The notes under the pieces were generated by a model. It was not told the origin of the DNA, ran no database searches, and was given only the letters and a program-made list of their open reading frames with translations. This document shows, one piece after another, positions 42,718 through 56,341 of a stretch of 64,000 nt of DNA (its first letter is position 1; every line of letters starts with the position of its first letter). The translations under genes and the position numbers were made by a program. This DNA comes from the human T2T-CHM13v2.0 reference genome, Homo sapiens: assembly GCF_009914755.1 (NCBI RefSeq), contig NC_060927.1; one strand, written 5' to 3'.

Positions 42718-45074
42718 TGTATTAGTCCATTTTCACACTACTGTAGAGAACTACCTGAGACTGGGTAATGTATAAAGGAAAGAGGTTTAATTGACTCAAA
42801 GTTCTGCATGGCTGGGGTGACCTCAGGAAACTTACAATCATGGCAGAAGGTGAAGGGGAAGAAAGGCATGTCTTACATGGTGTCAGGAGAGAGAGAGAGA
42901 GAGAACAAGGCGGGAACTGCCAAACACTTAAATTATCAGATCTCATGAGAACTCACTCACTATCATGAGAACAGCATGGAGGAAACTGCTCCCATGATCT
43001 AATCACGTCCCACCAGGTCCATCCCTCAACACATGGGGATGACAATTTGAGATGAGATTTGGGTGGGGACATAAAGCCAAACTGTATAATTCTGCCCCTG
43101 TTCCCTCACAAATCTCATGTCCTTCTTACATTTCAAAACATAATCTTGCTTTCCCAACAGTCCCTCAAAATCTAAACTCACTCCAACATTAATTCAGAAG
43201 TCCAAGTTTAAAGTCTCACCTGACACAAGGCAGTTCCTTCCACATATGAGCCTGTAAAGTCAAAGGCAAGTTAGTTACTTCCAAGATACAGTGGGGGTGT
43301 AGGCATTGGGTAAATGTTCCCATTTCAAATGGGAGAAGTTGGCCAAAACAAAGGATTACAGGCCTCATGCATATCCAAAACCCAAAAAAGCAGTTGTTAA
43401 ATTTTAAAGCTCCAAAATCATCTCCTTTAACTCCATGTCTCATATCCAGAGCATGCTGACACAAGAGATGGGCTCCCAAGGCCTTGGGCAGCTCTGCCTC
43501 TGTGGCTCTGCAGGGTGCAGCCCCTGTGGCTGCTTTCATGGGCTGGTGTGAGTGCCTGCAGTCTTTCCAGGTGCATGGTGCATGCTGTTGGTGATGCACC
43601 ATTCTAGGGTCTGGAGGACAGTGGCCCTCTTCTCAAAGCTCCACTAAGCAGTGCCCCAGTAGGGACTCTGTGTGGGGGCACCAACCCCACATTTTCCCTC
43701 TTGACTCCCCTAATGGAGGTTCTCCATGAGGGCTGTGCCCCTGTAGCAGACTTCTGCCTGGACATCCAAGTGTTTCCATACATCCTCTGAAATCCAGGCA
43801 GAGGTTCCCAAACATCAACTCTTCTGTGCACCCTCAGGCCCAACACCATGTGGAAGCTTCCAAGGCTTGGGGCTTGCATTCTCTAAAACCATGGCACAAG
43901 CTGTACCTTGGTCCCTTTTACCCATGGCTGGAGCAGGAGTGGCTGGGACTCAGAGCTCTGTGTCTCAAGGATGCACAGAGCAGCAGGGCCCTGGTCCTGG
44001 CCCAGGAAACCATTCTTCCCTCCTTGACCTCTGGGCCTGTGATAGGAGGGGCTGCCATAAACATCTCTGCAATGCCCTGGAGACATTTTCTGCTTCACTT
44101 TACTTATGCAAATTTCTGCAGCCACAGCTTGAATTTCTCCCTAGAAAATGGGTTTCTCTGTTCTACTTGTGGTTGGTCTGCAGATTTTCCAAATTTATAT
44201 GCTGTGGTTCCCTTTTAAACATAAGTTCTGATTTCAGATCATCTCTTTGTGAATGCATATGACTGTAAGCTTTTAGAAAAAGCCAGGTTATATCTTGAAC
44301 ACTTTGCTGCTTAGAAATTTCTTCTGCCAGATACCTTAAATCATCTCTCTCAAGTTCAAAGTTCCACAGATATCTAGGGCAAGGGCAAAATGCCCCAGAG
44401 ATTTGAGCATTTTTGCTAAAGCATAGCAAGCTAAAGCATAGCAAGAGTGACCTGTGCTCCAGTTCCCAATAAGTTCCTCATCTCCATCTGAGACCACCTC
44501 AGCCTGGACTTCATTGTCCATATCACTATCAGCATTTTGGATAAGACCATTCAACAAGTCTCTAGGAAGTTTCAAACTTTCCCAGATTTTCCTGTCTTCT
44601 TCTGAGCCCTCCAAACTATTCTAAGCTCTGCCTGTTACTCAGTTCCAAAGTTGCTTCCGCATTTTCAGGCTATTTTTATAGCAGTACCCCACTATCCTGG
44701 TACCAGTTTTCTGTATTCGTCTGTTTTCACATTGCTGTAAAGAATGACCTGAGACTGGGTGATTTATAAAGGAGAGAGGTTTAATTGACTCACAGTTCTG
44801 TATGGCTGGGGAGACCTCAGGAAACTTACAATCATGGCAGAAAGTGAAGGGGAACCAAGGCACATCTTACATGGTGGCAGGAGAGAGAGAGCAAGTAGAA
44901 AACTGTCAAACACTTTAAAACCATCAGATCTCATGAGAACTCTCACTGTCATGAGAACAGCATGGAGGAACAACCCTCATGATCTAGTCACCTCCCACCA
45001 AGTCCCTCTCTCGACACATGTGGATTACAATTTGAGATGAGATTTGGGTGGAGACACACAGCCAAACCATATCA
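42718..45074 (-). mobile_element. Full-length THE1D-like MaLR: LTR 42718-43089, internal 43090-44711, LTR 44712-45074
   Basis: Two homologous LTRs, THE1 internal sequence, exact 5-bp TSD AGAGG at 42713-42717 and 45075-45079. Confidence 0.95.
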
Positions 45075-45699
45075 AGAGGTTAGGCAACTATCATGAAGTT
45101 TCATAGCTGAGAAGTGGTAGAATGGGGTATAGACCCATCCTGTCTAGCTCCAGAGCTCTGTTCATAATCACCATACTCCGTGCTGTTCCCTTTACCTTTG
45201 GCTTTTCCTTCATATGCTCTCAAACTATGAGACTCTGATCTTTTTACTCAGTCTGGATCTGTTTACCTAAATTCAGCAGTAGCTGCTCTTGCTCCTATTC
45301 TCCCCAAGTAGATTCAAACCTTTGCCCTTTAGTTTTAGTAGTCAATTCCAGTTCATACTTTATTGATGATATTGACATTTTATTATATGGATTTTCTCAG
45401 TGTCCCTGTCCTCAGTTTTAATATTATTTACATATGTTTACTTTTCTTCTTTCTTCTGTGTTTCATAGAAATACATTTACCACTCTTGTTTCAAGGTAAT
45501 CCCTCCCTGTATGTTCCAGATCCCATTTAAAAAATATTTTCTCTGTCATTTCTTTTTTTATCATTCATTCCCATCTCTTTCCATTCTACTGTTTTTTCTC
45601 TTTTTCCAATCATATTCAAGTCTTGCATTCTACATCTGTCTCTACTGTATGTCTATAAGATGTTTTGTCTATATACAGGTCTGTGTTGACTTTGCTTCT

Positions 45700-46640
45700 T
45701 CTCTCCTTCACCTTCCATTGCTGAAAAACAGCTCATTAATGCTGCTTCCTTTGTTTTTTTCTAATCATCAGTCATTTAACCCATTGCACTGTGGCCTCCT
45801 CTGCTGAATGTCCTTTTCAGAGGCTACCCTCTTTTCAGAATTTGCCTAACCCTTATTTTTCTGTAGCATGTGACATTACTAATTCCTATTTTCTACTTTT
45901 TTTACATCTCGTACTTTTCCTTTGTACATGTAGTATCATCTGTAGTTCTCCTCCTCCATTGGTGCCTGCATTCTCCCCTTCTATCTTTATTTCTCTTTCC
46001 ATTCTTTATACATTAACTGGTTTATCTCTTCCCACTGGCTTCCATCATATGTGCTATTTTTATGAGACCCAGATCTGTACATCCAGCCCCAGTCTCTTTG
46101 GAGCTATAGACTTGCATTTTCAACTATAGATTTATCATCTCCATGGATTTCAGACTCAAAATGTTCTTAGATCATCTCTAGTCATTATTGTCTCCTTCTA
46201 TATCTTCTTCTCAGGTACTTTGTCTGTCTTCTCCTTTGTCTTATTTGAATTTTTTTTAAATCTCTGTTACTTGTCTCCCAGTTTACATTGTTGTTTTATT
46301 ATGAGCTTTAGGTAAGATGGTTGTGAAAAGGCTTTTGTTTATGGCAATTCGATAAATATAAGTTAATATTTATATTCCTATCAGTTGCCAAATTCTGTCA
46401 ACACCTACAACAAAATATCTGTTGAATTAGTTCCTATTCCTGATGCCAACACTTAAGCCTGTTATGCTATTTTTACTCCTAGGCTACTACAGTTATCTCT
46501 TTGTTGATCTTCTCTTTCATATCCTCTCAATCCTCTTTATTTTATTATATATACTACTTAGTTTTTATCTAGATTGGTTTTTAAAGCAAAGATCTAGTGA
46601 CATCATTTCCTTTCTTAAGAACTCTGATTATCCATGAAAT
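45700..46640 (+). mobile_element. L2 remnant
   Basis: Pyrimidine-rich degenerate L2 motifs (CCCAGATCTGTACATCCAGCCCCAG). Confidence 0.55.
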
Positions 46641-46659
46641 CAGCTCAGGGATTCATAAT

Positions 46660-46940
46660 ATTGTTCTTAAATAGCACTTATTATGTGCCAGGAATAATTT
46701 AAGTACTTTGCATATTTTAACTCATTTAATTCTTACAGCAACCCTATCAGAAGGTAATGTTTGTATCAACATTTATGATGAAGAAATTGAAGTCCAGGGA
46801 AGTTAAGGTTTTCTGGAGAAACTACATATAACAGTATGAAGCTCAGGGGAGAGGTCATGTAATTAATAAGTAATAAAGCTAGGGTATAAACCCAGGCTGT
46901 CTGACTCTAGAATCTGAGCACTTAATTACCACACTGTATT
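46660..46940 (-). mobile_element. MIR
   Basis: AGCACTTATTATGTGCCAGG...CTCATTTAATTCTTACAGCAACCCT...GATGAAGAAATTGAAG. Confidence 0.8.
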
Positions 46941-47077
46941 CAAGGCCTTATCTTTTTGGTATTATTTAATTTTATAAACATTTATTGAGTACATAGTTAT
47001 TTTTATTTATTATTTATTTATTTTTTGCTTTTTGTTTTTTTAAATTTGCCTGTAGTCCCCTTCTGCTACTCAAGATC

Positions 47078-47579
47078 TGTGATGCGTGTAAGATTTTACT
47101 TTACCTTCAAGATAATGAGTTAGTCTGCCACAGTTCATAGTTGCTGCTAGAAGACATGAGATTCCTGGGCAAAGACAAATGACTTTATTAGTTCCTTAGT
47201 CTGTAGCAGGCAGCATGAGCTTCATGTTTGCATCAGTTATCTTGCCCTTGCCTCCTTGCTAAGTTCCATGAAGGCAATGAGGAGTGGCTCCAATGGATAC
47301 TGTGCATACCATGAGTTTGTGTCACAGATAGGGAACCTGGAGCTTAGACAACCTTCAGTCTTCTAAGGGGACTGCTAGCAAACCTGCCAACCCTTGCCGT
47401 TAGAGGGAGAATGAACTTTATTATCTTGCTCAGGAAGCAACTCTGCCCTCAGTTCTGGCAGAAGACACTCTCTTCATCTTCCAAGATTGTTTTTTATAGA
47501 AACATCCTTCCAGAAAAAAGCTGTCAAGGCTTTTTCACAAGCAGAAATGCAAGAGACCTTGAAGAATTGTCTCCCAACA
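47078..47579 (-). mobile_element. ERVL-class solo LTR (MER74/LTR53-like)
   Basis: TG...CA termini; motifs shared with the 19.6 kb LTR; AATAAA on the minus strand near 47185. Confidence 0.6.
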
Positions 47580-47849
47580 TCCCTAACATGTTGCTTTCCC
47601 ATTTTAGTAGCATAGGTTTTGCTATGGCTTAAATCTAGTATTTTTTCTCTTTTGTTGAATCCAGTGCTTGATTTTCCCATTCTTTTAAAATAGATAGGAA
47701 CATATTAAAACTAGACGAACACAAAGGTTTAATGAGCTTACTTAAGGGGCTGTGTTCAAATTCCAAGCACTTGTCTTTTCTCCACTGATGCTGAAATCAA
47801 ATTACTAACCCAGTTGCTGAATATGTAGTTGATTTCTTTTCTTTTTATT

Positions 47850-48850
47850 TCCATTTAGCAAAGATTTATTCATTGTCAAGTACTTTGCTAGGCATTGGGG
47901 ATACAGAAGGAAGTAAGGTGATTCCTTTCTTTAAGCAACTCATAGATCAGGAGGGAGATCAGCACACAGACTAGAGCCTACCAATACAAAATTGGCAGAG
48001 ATGGTACATGTAACCCAACTATAAGAAGAAAGAATACAGGACCTCAGGGTAGGTTTTCAAGTTATTGACTCTGAGTAGAGGTTGGATGAGTGGTAAAGAT
48101 GGTGATGGTGGTGGTCGTTTCCAGTTGGTGAAAAGAATATGTGCAAGAAGGCAGCAAGATCTCCCCATTAGGAAAACCATAAATCATGTTCTTAACAGTA
48201 TGACTGGGGAGAATAATCTGTATGAGGCTACAGTAAAAGATAAGTTTAGGGCTGTTGAGTCCAGAGAGAAGCGGTGTGAGTCTAATAACCAAAAGAAATA
48301 GTGGTGGTAATAAAACAAGGGAACAGATCTGAAAGATAAATAGCAATAGGAGTTGATGAATGCATGGAGGTAAGAGAGAAAGACAGACTTGATGGGGCCT
48401 CTGGGTAATGGAGAATATCAGAAACACAAGAGAAAGGAGCCTTATGGGAGAAGAAGATGATGAATTCAGCAGTGACTGACTATGTGGGCATTTCTGTGTC
48501 TGTGGGATCTCAGCTGGAGACGTTCTAGAGAAATCCACTAAAGGGGCCTGAGGCTCAGGAAGGTGATCTGGGCTGGAGCTATATTTGGCTGTTGAAGTGG
48601 TAGGAAACAAGTGTATATAAAAAAGTGAGGAAAAAAGATTATTGAGGAAGGAAACCTGGATATTTTAATATAAGAACAGAGGACAGATGAAAAAGGGCCT
48701 AAGGAGGAAGTTAAGAAACTGCCTGAGAGGAAGGAAAGAAAGAGTGGTATATGCTATGGAAGGCCTCAGGGAAGTTAAATAAAGTAGAAACTTGTATAGT
48801 TAAAAGTGTCACTACTAAAAAATGATTGACTTAGAGCTACATAAATAGAA
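47850..48850 (-). mobile_element. L2 remnant
   Basis: TACTTTGCTAGGCATTGGGGATACAG; CTCAGGAAGGTGATCTGGGCTGGAG. Confidence 0.6.
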
Positions 48851-50184
48851 CATCACTGGAAGAACATCATTCTAGTTGAGAACTTCGCTGTCATAGCCAT
48901 CACTTTTGGTCATGATGACAAGAAGTGGAAACTCCTGTGGAGTGCTCTTATATTGACAGGCTGTGTTTTTGCCTGGCTAAACATTTACTCTGTATCTGCC
49001 ATCATTCTGAGCTCATTATTACTATGGCCAGAAATGACTGTAGAAAGAAAGTCCTGCTACTCCAGCAGAATTAATTACAGATGGGGCACAATTCAGGATC
49101 AATTCACAATCATCAAGGCATTTTTCTAGGTTCTTCTGTAGAGGTGGGTAAGATAGAGTCTCCACCCCCAGGGAGCTTATAAGCAAGTATTATGTTCTTT
49201 GTTGATAGGATAGTCAAGTACCTTAAAGGAGTTAAAACTCAAGTAGTACTTTAAGAAAGGAGAAAATAAATTTGTGAGAGGAAATCATGGGAAGCTTTCT
49301 GGAAGTGGTGGCATTTGTAGGCAAGGTAGGATTGGGGTCAGAAGTGCATTCATTGTAGGAAGAGAGCAGAGCGTGCAAGGCCTTGGAGGTTGTTGGAAGG
49401 GCAGTGTCTCCTGGGGCCAATATACACTGTGGCATCTTTTGTCACCATCATTGGCTCCATGCATTTGCAGCTCTTTCCTCTCCAAATACCTAGCGTCCCC
49501 AAATGCCCTTCACATTTTTCTGCCATGGTGCCTTTCCTCTCAGCAAACTCCCTGCCTTCTCTTCTCTTCCAGGCCAATCTCTAAGGCCCAGCACAAAAGT
49601 CACCTATTTCACAAATACTTCCAGGTCCCTCAGATAGGATTAATTACATGTTTGTCTGTTTCAGCAATCTTAACTGATATTTTTGTCTGACATAGGTATC
49701 TGGAGATCTATAGTTTCTTTTAAAAAATCTATTTGTGATAACCATGTGATAACAGCGAAAACGTGTTTGGAATTAGTAAAGGCACTTCCAGACGATTCTG
49801 TTAAATCAACTCCTTGTAGTATATAAATTATGTGGCTTGTCAACTGATGATCTGGAAAATGTTTTCTGTCATTCTTCAGTGGACAGTTTTCAGTGGTGTT
49901 TAATGTTCCTCCTCACTGATATGGTTAATTAAGAATTGACAGTAATTCTGAGCTTTAGTGAGTTTTACTCTTGAGAGAAGAAGCAATCCCAGGAGACTTG
50001 AGGTTTTGTTTCTCTGAATTATTATGAAAACTATTTTCATGAGTGAATGTAGTGGATGCCAAGCAAGAGAAAGTAACTGAATTTTGAATAGTTTTTCCTT
50101 TCTGAAGGGCAAAATACTAATATTAAGTTGCCGAACCTGCAGATTTTTGTTATGCTGTGAAGGCTTTTGTTATAAACAAAAGTA

Positions 50185-50445
50185 TATGTGGGGATCTAAT
50201 GTACGGCATAGTCTGTAGTTAGCAATACTGTATTGTGTACTTGAAATTTGCTAAGAGAGATCTTAAATGTTCTCACCATGGGGGAAGAGAGGTAACTAGG
50301 TGAGATGATAGATGTGCCAACTAACTTGATTGTGGTAATCATTTGACAATGCAGTGTACATGTATATCAGATCATCATGTTATACACCTTAAATTTGTGC
50401 AGTTTTATTTGTCAATCATACCTCAATAAAGCTGGAGAAAAGAAC
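50185..50445 (+). mobile_element. L1MA/MB 3' UTR end
   Basis: TACTTGAAATTTGCTAAGAGAGATCTTAAATGTTCTCACC...TACCTCAATAAAGCTGG. Confidence 0.85.
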
Positions 50446-52243
50446 ATGATAATAAAATAAGTCAAATTATATTGCTTATTTATTATGAAGTTTAAATAAA
50501 ATTTGCTGTTCCAGCTTACAAAGTCCAAAAGATAAGAAAAAAATTCTCAGCATGAATAAACTGGGAATGTATCTTCACATCAAAAATTCATTTTTCAATG
50601 CATTTAATGGTTTACTCATGCTGAGAACTACTTCTTATCTTTTGAACTTTTGAACCCTGTATGTATGGAGATGAGCAAAAATGTATATGAGTTTCTTTTA
50701 AATGTACTGGAATACCACATGTAAAACAAAACAAGTAGAAAACTCAAGACCCAGCAATACACATTGATCAATTATGTGATAACATAATAATATTTGTACT
50801 GGGCTTTAGGCATGTTATATGCAATACTGAAATGAATTTTGCTATGAGAAATATCATAGGCATCAGCCATTGAAAGGTATGCCTAACATCTTTTGTAAAG
50901 CAAATCTTGCTTGAATTTAACTAACAGTCACAAGTCTGGGCCAGTAAGCAACACAGTCAGTGTCCCCTCCACCCTTCATAAATCTATTTGCAGTAGAAAT
51001 CTCATTAACATTTTAATTGTTTTGTATCTAAAGTTGCTCTCAGTGCCACATTTAAAGGGCTCAGGCTCATTAAAATTTAAGGACCAGAGAGCTCATAGTC
51101 TACTCTAATGACCTAGTGATGGTTGTAAAGGCTCTAAATATTTTTTGGTTCTTTGAATAACTGAGGAATTCCTTGTAGTGGCTAAGTATGCCTGAAGATA
51201 GGTTGTTGCATTGCCCAATTTCAATCCCATCAGAAAGCTCTCTCCCTCTTTTCCCTCATCTAAATCCTAGGGTCTCTTAAAGTCCCTTTCAACATTTTCT
51301 GTCAACTTTTATTTCATTGCCCACATTATTTCTTTAGCTAGATTCTAATTTAATTGAGGGAAAAGAATTAAAATTTGTCACTGAGAATCTACCTTCTGTT
51401 TGTGTTTCTCCACTCCCCACACTGACCCCCGTCCCATTAAAAAACTATCTATCCCAAACTTAAATTAATTGTAAGCATTAGAAGTTCTTATTCTGGCTTT
51501 GCTACACGTTAGCTAATGAGACTACAACACACCTTCTGGACTCAGTGTTCTCATTTGTCTGCTAAAACTTTGGTATATGTTTCATGACATTGTTTTTGTT
51601 CTAAAATACATGTCTTCAAGGATTAATTAGCCTTACTTACAGTCTGTTTCCAATACTACTGTTATATACAGTTATTAACATTTATCATTTAAATGTAGAG
51701 GATTGTCAACCCAACGTAACAGTCTTTTGTTTTGCTCCAGTTTTGGTTAAGCCCGTCCTGGTAAGAGGTGATTAAATAATATTTTTTCTTTGAAGACTAT
51801 TTCTGGTTGATAATAATGACACCCTATCATTATACCCAAATATTATCAAGAAAATATTTAATTTTCTATGAGAAAACAGAGAAAGAAGTAAAAACTAACA
51901 TCAAATTGGCCTGAAGGTTTATACCATCAAAGTGTATTGAAAACCAGAAAGACCCAAGATTATTGCACTAGAAATTGTTATGGGGAGAGGGTAAATGATC
52001 TACTTTTAATCCTGGGATGTGACAGTGATAATAGGATGCAGATTATACAAAAACAGTAATAACTGGGAGTATGCATTCACTTACCCTTTTTAAAATCATG
52101 TGTTTTCTATACACTTATAAACATGCAGCATGAGGTAAAATATGTTTCTGTGGTTGTCAGTTTCTGGAAATGCCTCTTATGGGTTTTGCCCATAACGTAT
52201 GTTCCGTTTAAAGGCTCTACTTTGCCTTAAAAAATGCGGCTTT

Positions 52244-52540
52244 GGCTGGGCACGGTGACTCATGCCTGTAATCCCAGCACTTTGGGAGGCCGAGGGGGTG
52301 CAGATCACCTGAGGTTGGGAGTTTGAGACCAGCCTGACCAACATGGAGAAACCCCATCTCTACTAAAAATACAAAAAATTAGCTGGGCATGGTGACGCAT
52401 GCCTGTAATCCCAACTACTTGGGAAGCTGAGGTAGGAGAATCGCTTGAATCTGGGAGGCAGAGGTTTCAGTGAGTGAGATTGTGCCATTGTACTCCAGCC
52501 TGGGCAACAAGAGCAAAACTCTGTCTGGAAAAAAAAAAAA
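52244..52540 (+). mobile_element. AluSp-like
   Basis: CAGCCTGACCAACATGGAGAAACCCC diagnostics; A tail; GGCTTT-ending TSD-like flanks. Confidence 0.93.
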
Positions 52541-52704
52541 GTGGCTTTGGCCTCATGGCCAGAAGATTTTGGATGGGGATAGAAAATAATCAGAGCAGAT
52601 TTGAAGGTACCTTACACCAAGACGGTCATTTTACAGGCTACATCTGCCCTAGAGGCCCCTGAAATCCTTTTTGTTTTAGGGGACACATGCTTCAGTTTCA
52701 CCAT

Positions 52705-53480
52705 CTTTAATTTTTTTAATTGTATAAAAAAAGACATAAAATTTACCATTGTAACCGCTGAAAAATGTACAGTTCATTAATGTTAACTATTTGTATTGGC
52801 GTGTAGCAGATCTTGAGAACTTTTTCTCTTGCAAAACTGAAACTCTATAGCCCTTGAGCAACTCCCTATCTTCCCCTCTCCCAGCCCCTTGCAACCACCA
52901 TTCTAGTTTCTAACTGAGTTTAACTATTTTAGATACCACATCTTAGTGGAATCATATAGATTTGTCTTTATTATTACTGGCTTATTTCACTTAGCATGAT
53001 GTCCACAAGGTTCATCATTGTTGTTTCATGTGGTAAGATTTCCTTATTTTTTGAATTTTTTTCAACGTTTAGGTTCAGGGGTACATGTGCAGGTTTGTTA
53101 TAAAGGTATACTGTGTGTCATGGGGGTTTGGTATACAGATAATTTTGTCCCCTGGGTCCTTCTTTTTTAAGGCTGGATAATATTTCATTGAATGTAAATA
53201 CTACATTTTCTGTATCTATTCATTCACTGATGGACATTTGGGTTGCTTACTACTCTTGGCTATTGGTGTGCAAATATCTCTTCCAGATCCTATACTTTAA
53301 ATTTTTTTTTAATTCCTCTGGATATATACCCAGAAGTTGGATTATGGGATCATATGGTAGTTCTATTTTTAATTTAAAGGAACTTCCATACTGTTTACCA
53401 TAGTAGCTGTACCATTTCATATTCTCACAGCAATGCACAAAGATTCCAATTACTCCACATCCTTGCAAACATTTGTTATT
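52705..53480 (-). mobile_element. L1MB 3' end with nested ~100-bp L1PA 3' fragment (53056-53156)
   Basis: Nested GGTTCAGGGGTACATGTGCAGGTTTGTTA piece flanked by TCCTT(A/C)TTTTTT TSD-like repeats at 53041 and 53157. Confidence 0.85.
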
Positions 53481-53484
53481 TCTA

Positions 53485-53622
53485 AATTTTTTTAATTGAT
53501 GAATAAAAATTGTGTATGTCTATGGTGTATAACATGATATTTTGAAATATGTACACATTGTGGAAAAGCTAAATCAAGCCAATTAACATATGCATTATCT
53601 TAAATACTTATCAGTTTTTTGT
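53485..53622 (-). mobile_element. L1MA 3' tip
   Basis: TATGGTGTATAACATGATATTTTGAAATATGTACACATTGTGG...AATTAACATATGCATTA. Confidence 0.75.
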
Positions 53623-53799
53623 TCACCAGATTTTTGTCTTTCGGTTTTCATAAAAGTTATTTCTATTTCCAGTGATGTTTTATCTACGTGACATCAGCAT
53701 ACAAGCTACACTTTTTCTTTCTTAGATTATTTTATTCTACTTAAATTTATATAGTAGACTGATTTACCTGACAGTATGTGTTCAAATAAAAAATAATTT

Positions 53800-54110
53800 C
53801 ATAATCCCTTATCCATAATTTTGAAATCCAAAAGCTCCAAACACTGGCAGGTACTTTTTATTGTTATTTGTTGCACAAACTAATTTGGTTGCAAAATCTA
53901 CAGTGATCTGGTATGAGTTTAATTGTAGACCTTATTTATATTTAATATGAAAATTGTTAGGATTCCCTGAAAAAATATTAATGAGTTTGATTAGCGTGTG
54001 ACTCTCCAGACACTTCTGGACATATATGTATCATATTGCCTCTCTAAGATCTGAAAAATTCTGAATGCCAAACAATTTGGCCCCAGGGATTTAGATAATT
54101 CTAATCTGTG
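53800..54110. mobile_element. MER46/Tigger4-like MITE
   Basis: ATCCCTTATCC start and GGCCCCAGGGATTTAGATAA end resemble Zombi-family TIRs. Confidence 0.5.
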
Positions 54111-54215
54111 TTTGTCAATATAATATTTGAATAATATACTGCTCTTTAAACAGTAATTTAGATTTTTAAGAGTTTGCTACTTTGAACAGAATTCTTTTAT
54201 AAAATGAGAAATCAC

Positions 54216-54508
54216 TTTTTTTTGAGACAGGGTCTTGCTCTGTCACCCAGACTGGAGTGCAGTGGCACAATCACGGCTCACTGAAGGCTTGATGTCCTGG
54301 GCTCAAGCAATCCTCCCACCTCAGCCTTCCGAATAGCTGGGACCACAGGTGCACACTACCATGCCCGGCTAATTTTTGTATTTCTTTTTTGTAGAGACAG
54401 AGTTTTGCCATGCTGCCCAGGCTGGTCTTGAACTCCTGCGCTCAAGCGATCTGCCTGCCTCGGCCTCCCTGAGTGCTGGGATTGCAGGTGTGAGCCACTG
54501 CGCCTGGC
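54216..54508 (-). mobile_element. AluJ (Jb-like)
   Basis: GGGCTCAAGCAATCCTCCCACCTCAGCC and CTCAAGCGATC diagnostics. Confidence 0.93.
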
Positions 54509-54739
54509 AGATAAACTAGTTTTAAGCAAAGAAGCACCTACCTGTTTTTGTTTGTTTAAATTCTGGATGTTGATTGGTATAAAGCAAGGGAGGTTCAGCT
54601 TTATGTGTTCTTAAAAAAAAAAAGAGATTTATCATAATATTGATGAATGTCTTTGAAATTTCAATATTTTATAACATACCTTGTCAAAAGCATAATTAAA
54701 AGAAAAATAAATTGTCTTTCATCATTAAAAGACGTTAAC

Positions 54740-55575
54740 ATCTTACACCAGTCAGGATGGCTTTTATTACAAAGTTTAAAAGCAACAGGTGATGGCAAGG
54801 ATGTGGAAAAAAGAGAACACATACAACAATTTACATTGTTGGTGAGAATGTAAATTAGTACAACCTTTATGTAAAACAATATAGAGATGTCTTAAAAGAA
54901 CTAAAAATAAAACTACCATTCAATCTAGCAGTCTGGCTACTGGGTATATACACAAAGAGAAATCATTATAAAATACCACCTGCCCTTTTATGATTATCAC
55001 AGCACTGTTCATGATAGCAAAGTAATAGAACCAACATAAGCGTCCATCAATGGATACTTGAGTAAAATGTGATTGAAATATATATATATATTTATTATAT
55101 ACACACATATATATGTATGTGTACACCGTGGAATACTACTCAGACATAAAAAAGAATCAAAATCATGTCTGTTGCAGGAGCATGGATGGAATAACTCAGA
55201 AACAGAAATTGAAACACCACATGTTTTCACTTACAAGTGGGAGCTAAACAAAAGGTAAACATTCACATAGAACTGGAGGCCATTATCCTAAGTGAATAAC
55301 TCAGAAACAGAAATTGAAATACCACATGTTTTCACTTGTAAGTGGGAGCTAAACAAAAGGTAAACATTGACATAGAGAGTAGAATAATAGACACTGGAGA
55401 CTACAAAAGGTGAGAGGGTGGGTGGTGGGTGAGAGTTGAAAAATTATCTGTTGGGTACAATGTTCACTCTTCCAGTGATGGATACACTGACAGCCCCGTC
55501 TCCACCACTATTTAAATATATGCATGTAAGAAATCTGTACTTGTCTCTCCCTAAGTCAATAAAAAGAAAAATAAA
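54740..55575 (+). mobile_element. L1PB/L1MA 3' end with an 83-bp internal duplication
   Basis: ORF2 end and 3'UTR motifs; copies at 55189-55271 and 55294-55376. Confidence 0.88.
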
Positions 55576-56036
55576 GTTCCTATTTTAATGATAAGAAAAT
55601 AAAAATTAGATGATTCATTAAGTGTAATGCATAAAAACAAGTTCTGTTGTCATTCTATTAAGCCCTGTATAAAAGCCCTGTATAAGCTTCTGTATAAAAT
55701 AAACAGAGCCAGTTGACATCTATTGGATCTCGATGCCAGGCAGCATTACAAGGACTGTCTATATTATTGCATTTATTTTATCTGAACAACAAAGACTGTG
55801 CAATTGTACTATGCCTCTGATATTGAAATGTTATTATTTAGGGATAGAGATAAAGCAAAAAATACCATGTGCTATAATTTAGATATTTATTTAATCCAAT
55901 TGCATTTTATTTGCAGTGGGAATAAGCCTTTATTAGTCCCACTCTTCGTTACTTCTTATGATGTCTACCTCCAGAGAGTGTGCTAATCTTTTGAAGTGTA
56001 AAATGGTCTGATTATGGTTAGTCAGCTGGAGAGTGA

Positions 56037-56341
<305 letters not shown>

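Noticed and set aside
44415-44444. 15-bp tandem duplication GCTAAAGCATAGCAA in THE1 internal
   Set aside because: Ordinary slippage duplication in a dead element
43216-44614. ORFs of 80-130 aa
   Set aside because: THE1 internal region remnants, fragmented across frames
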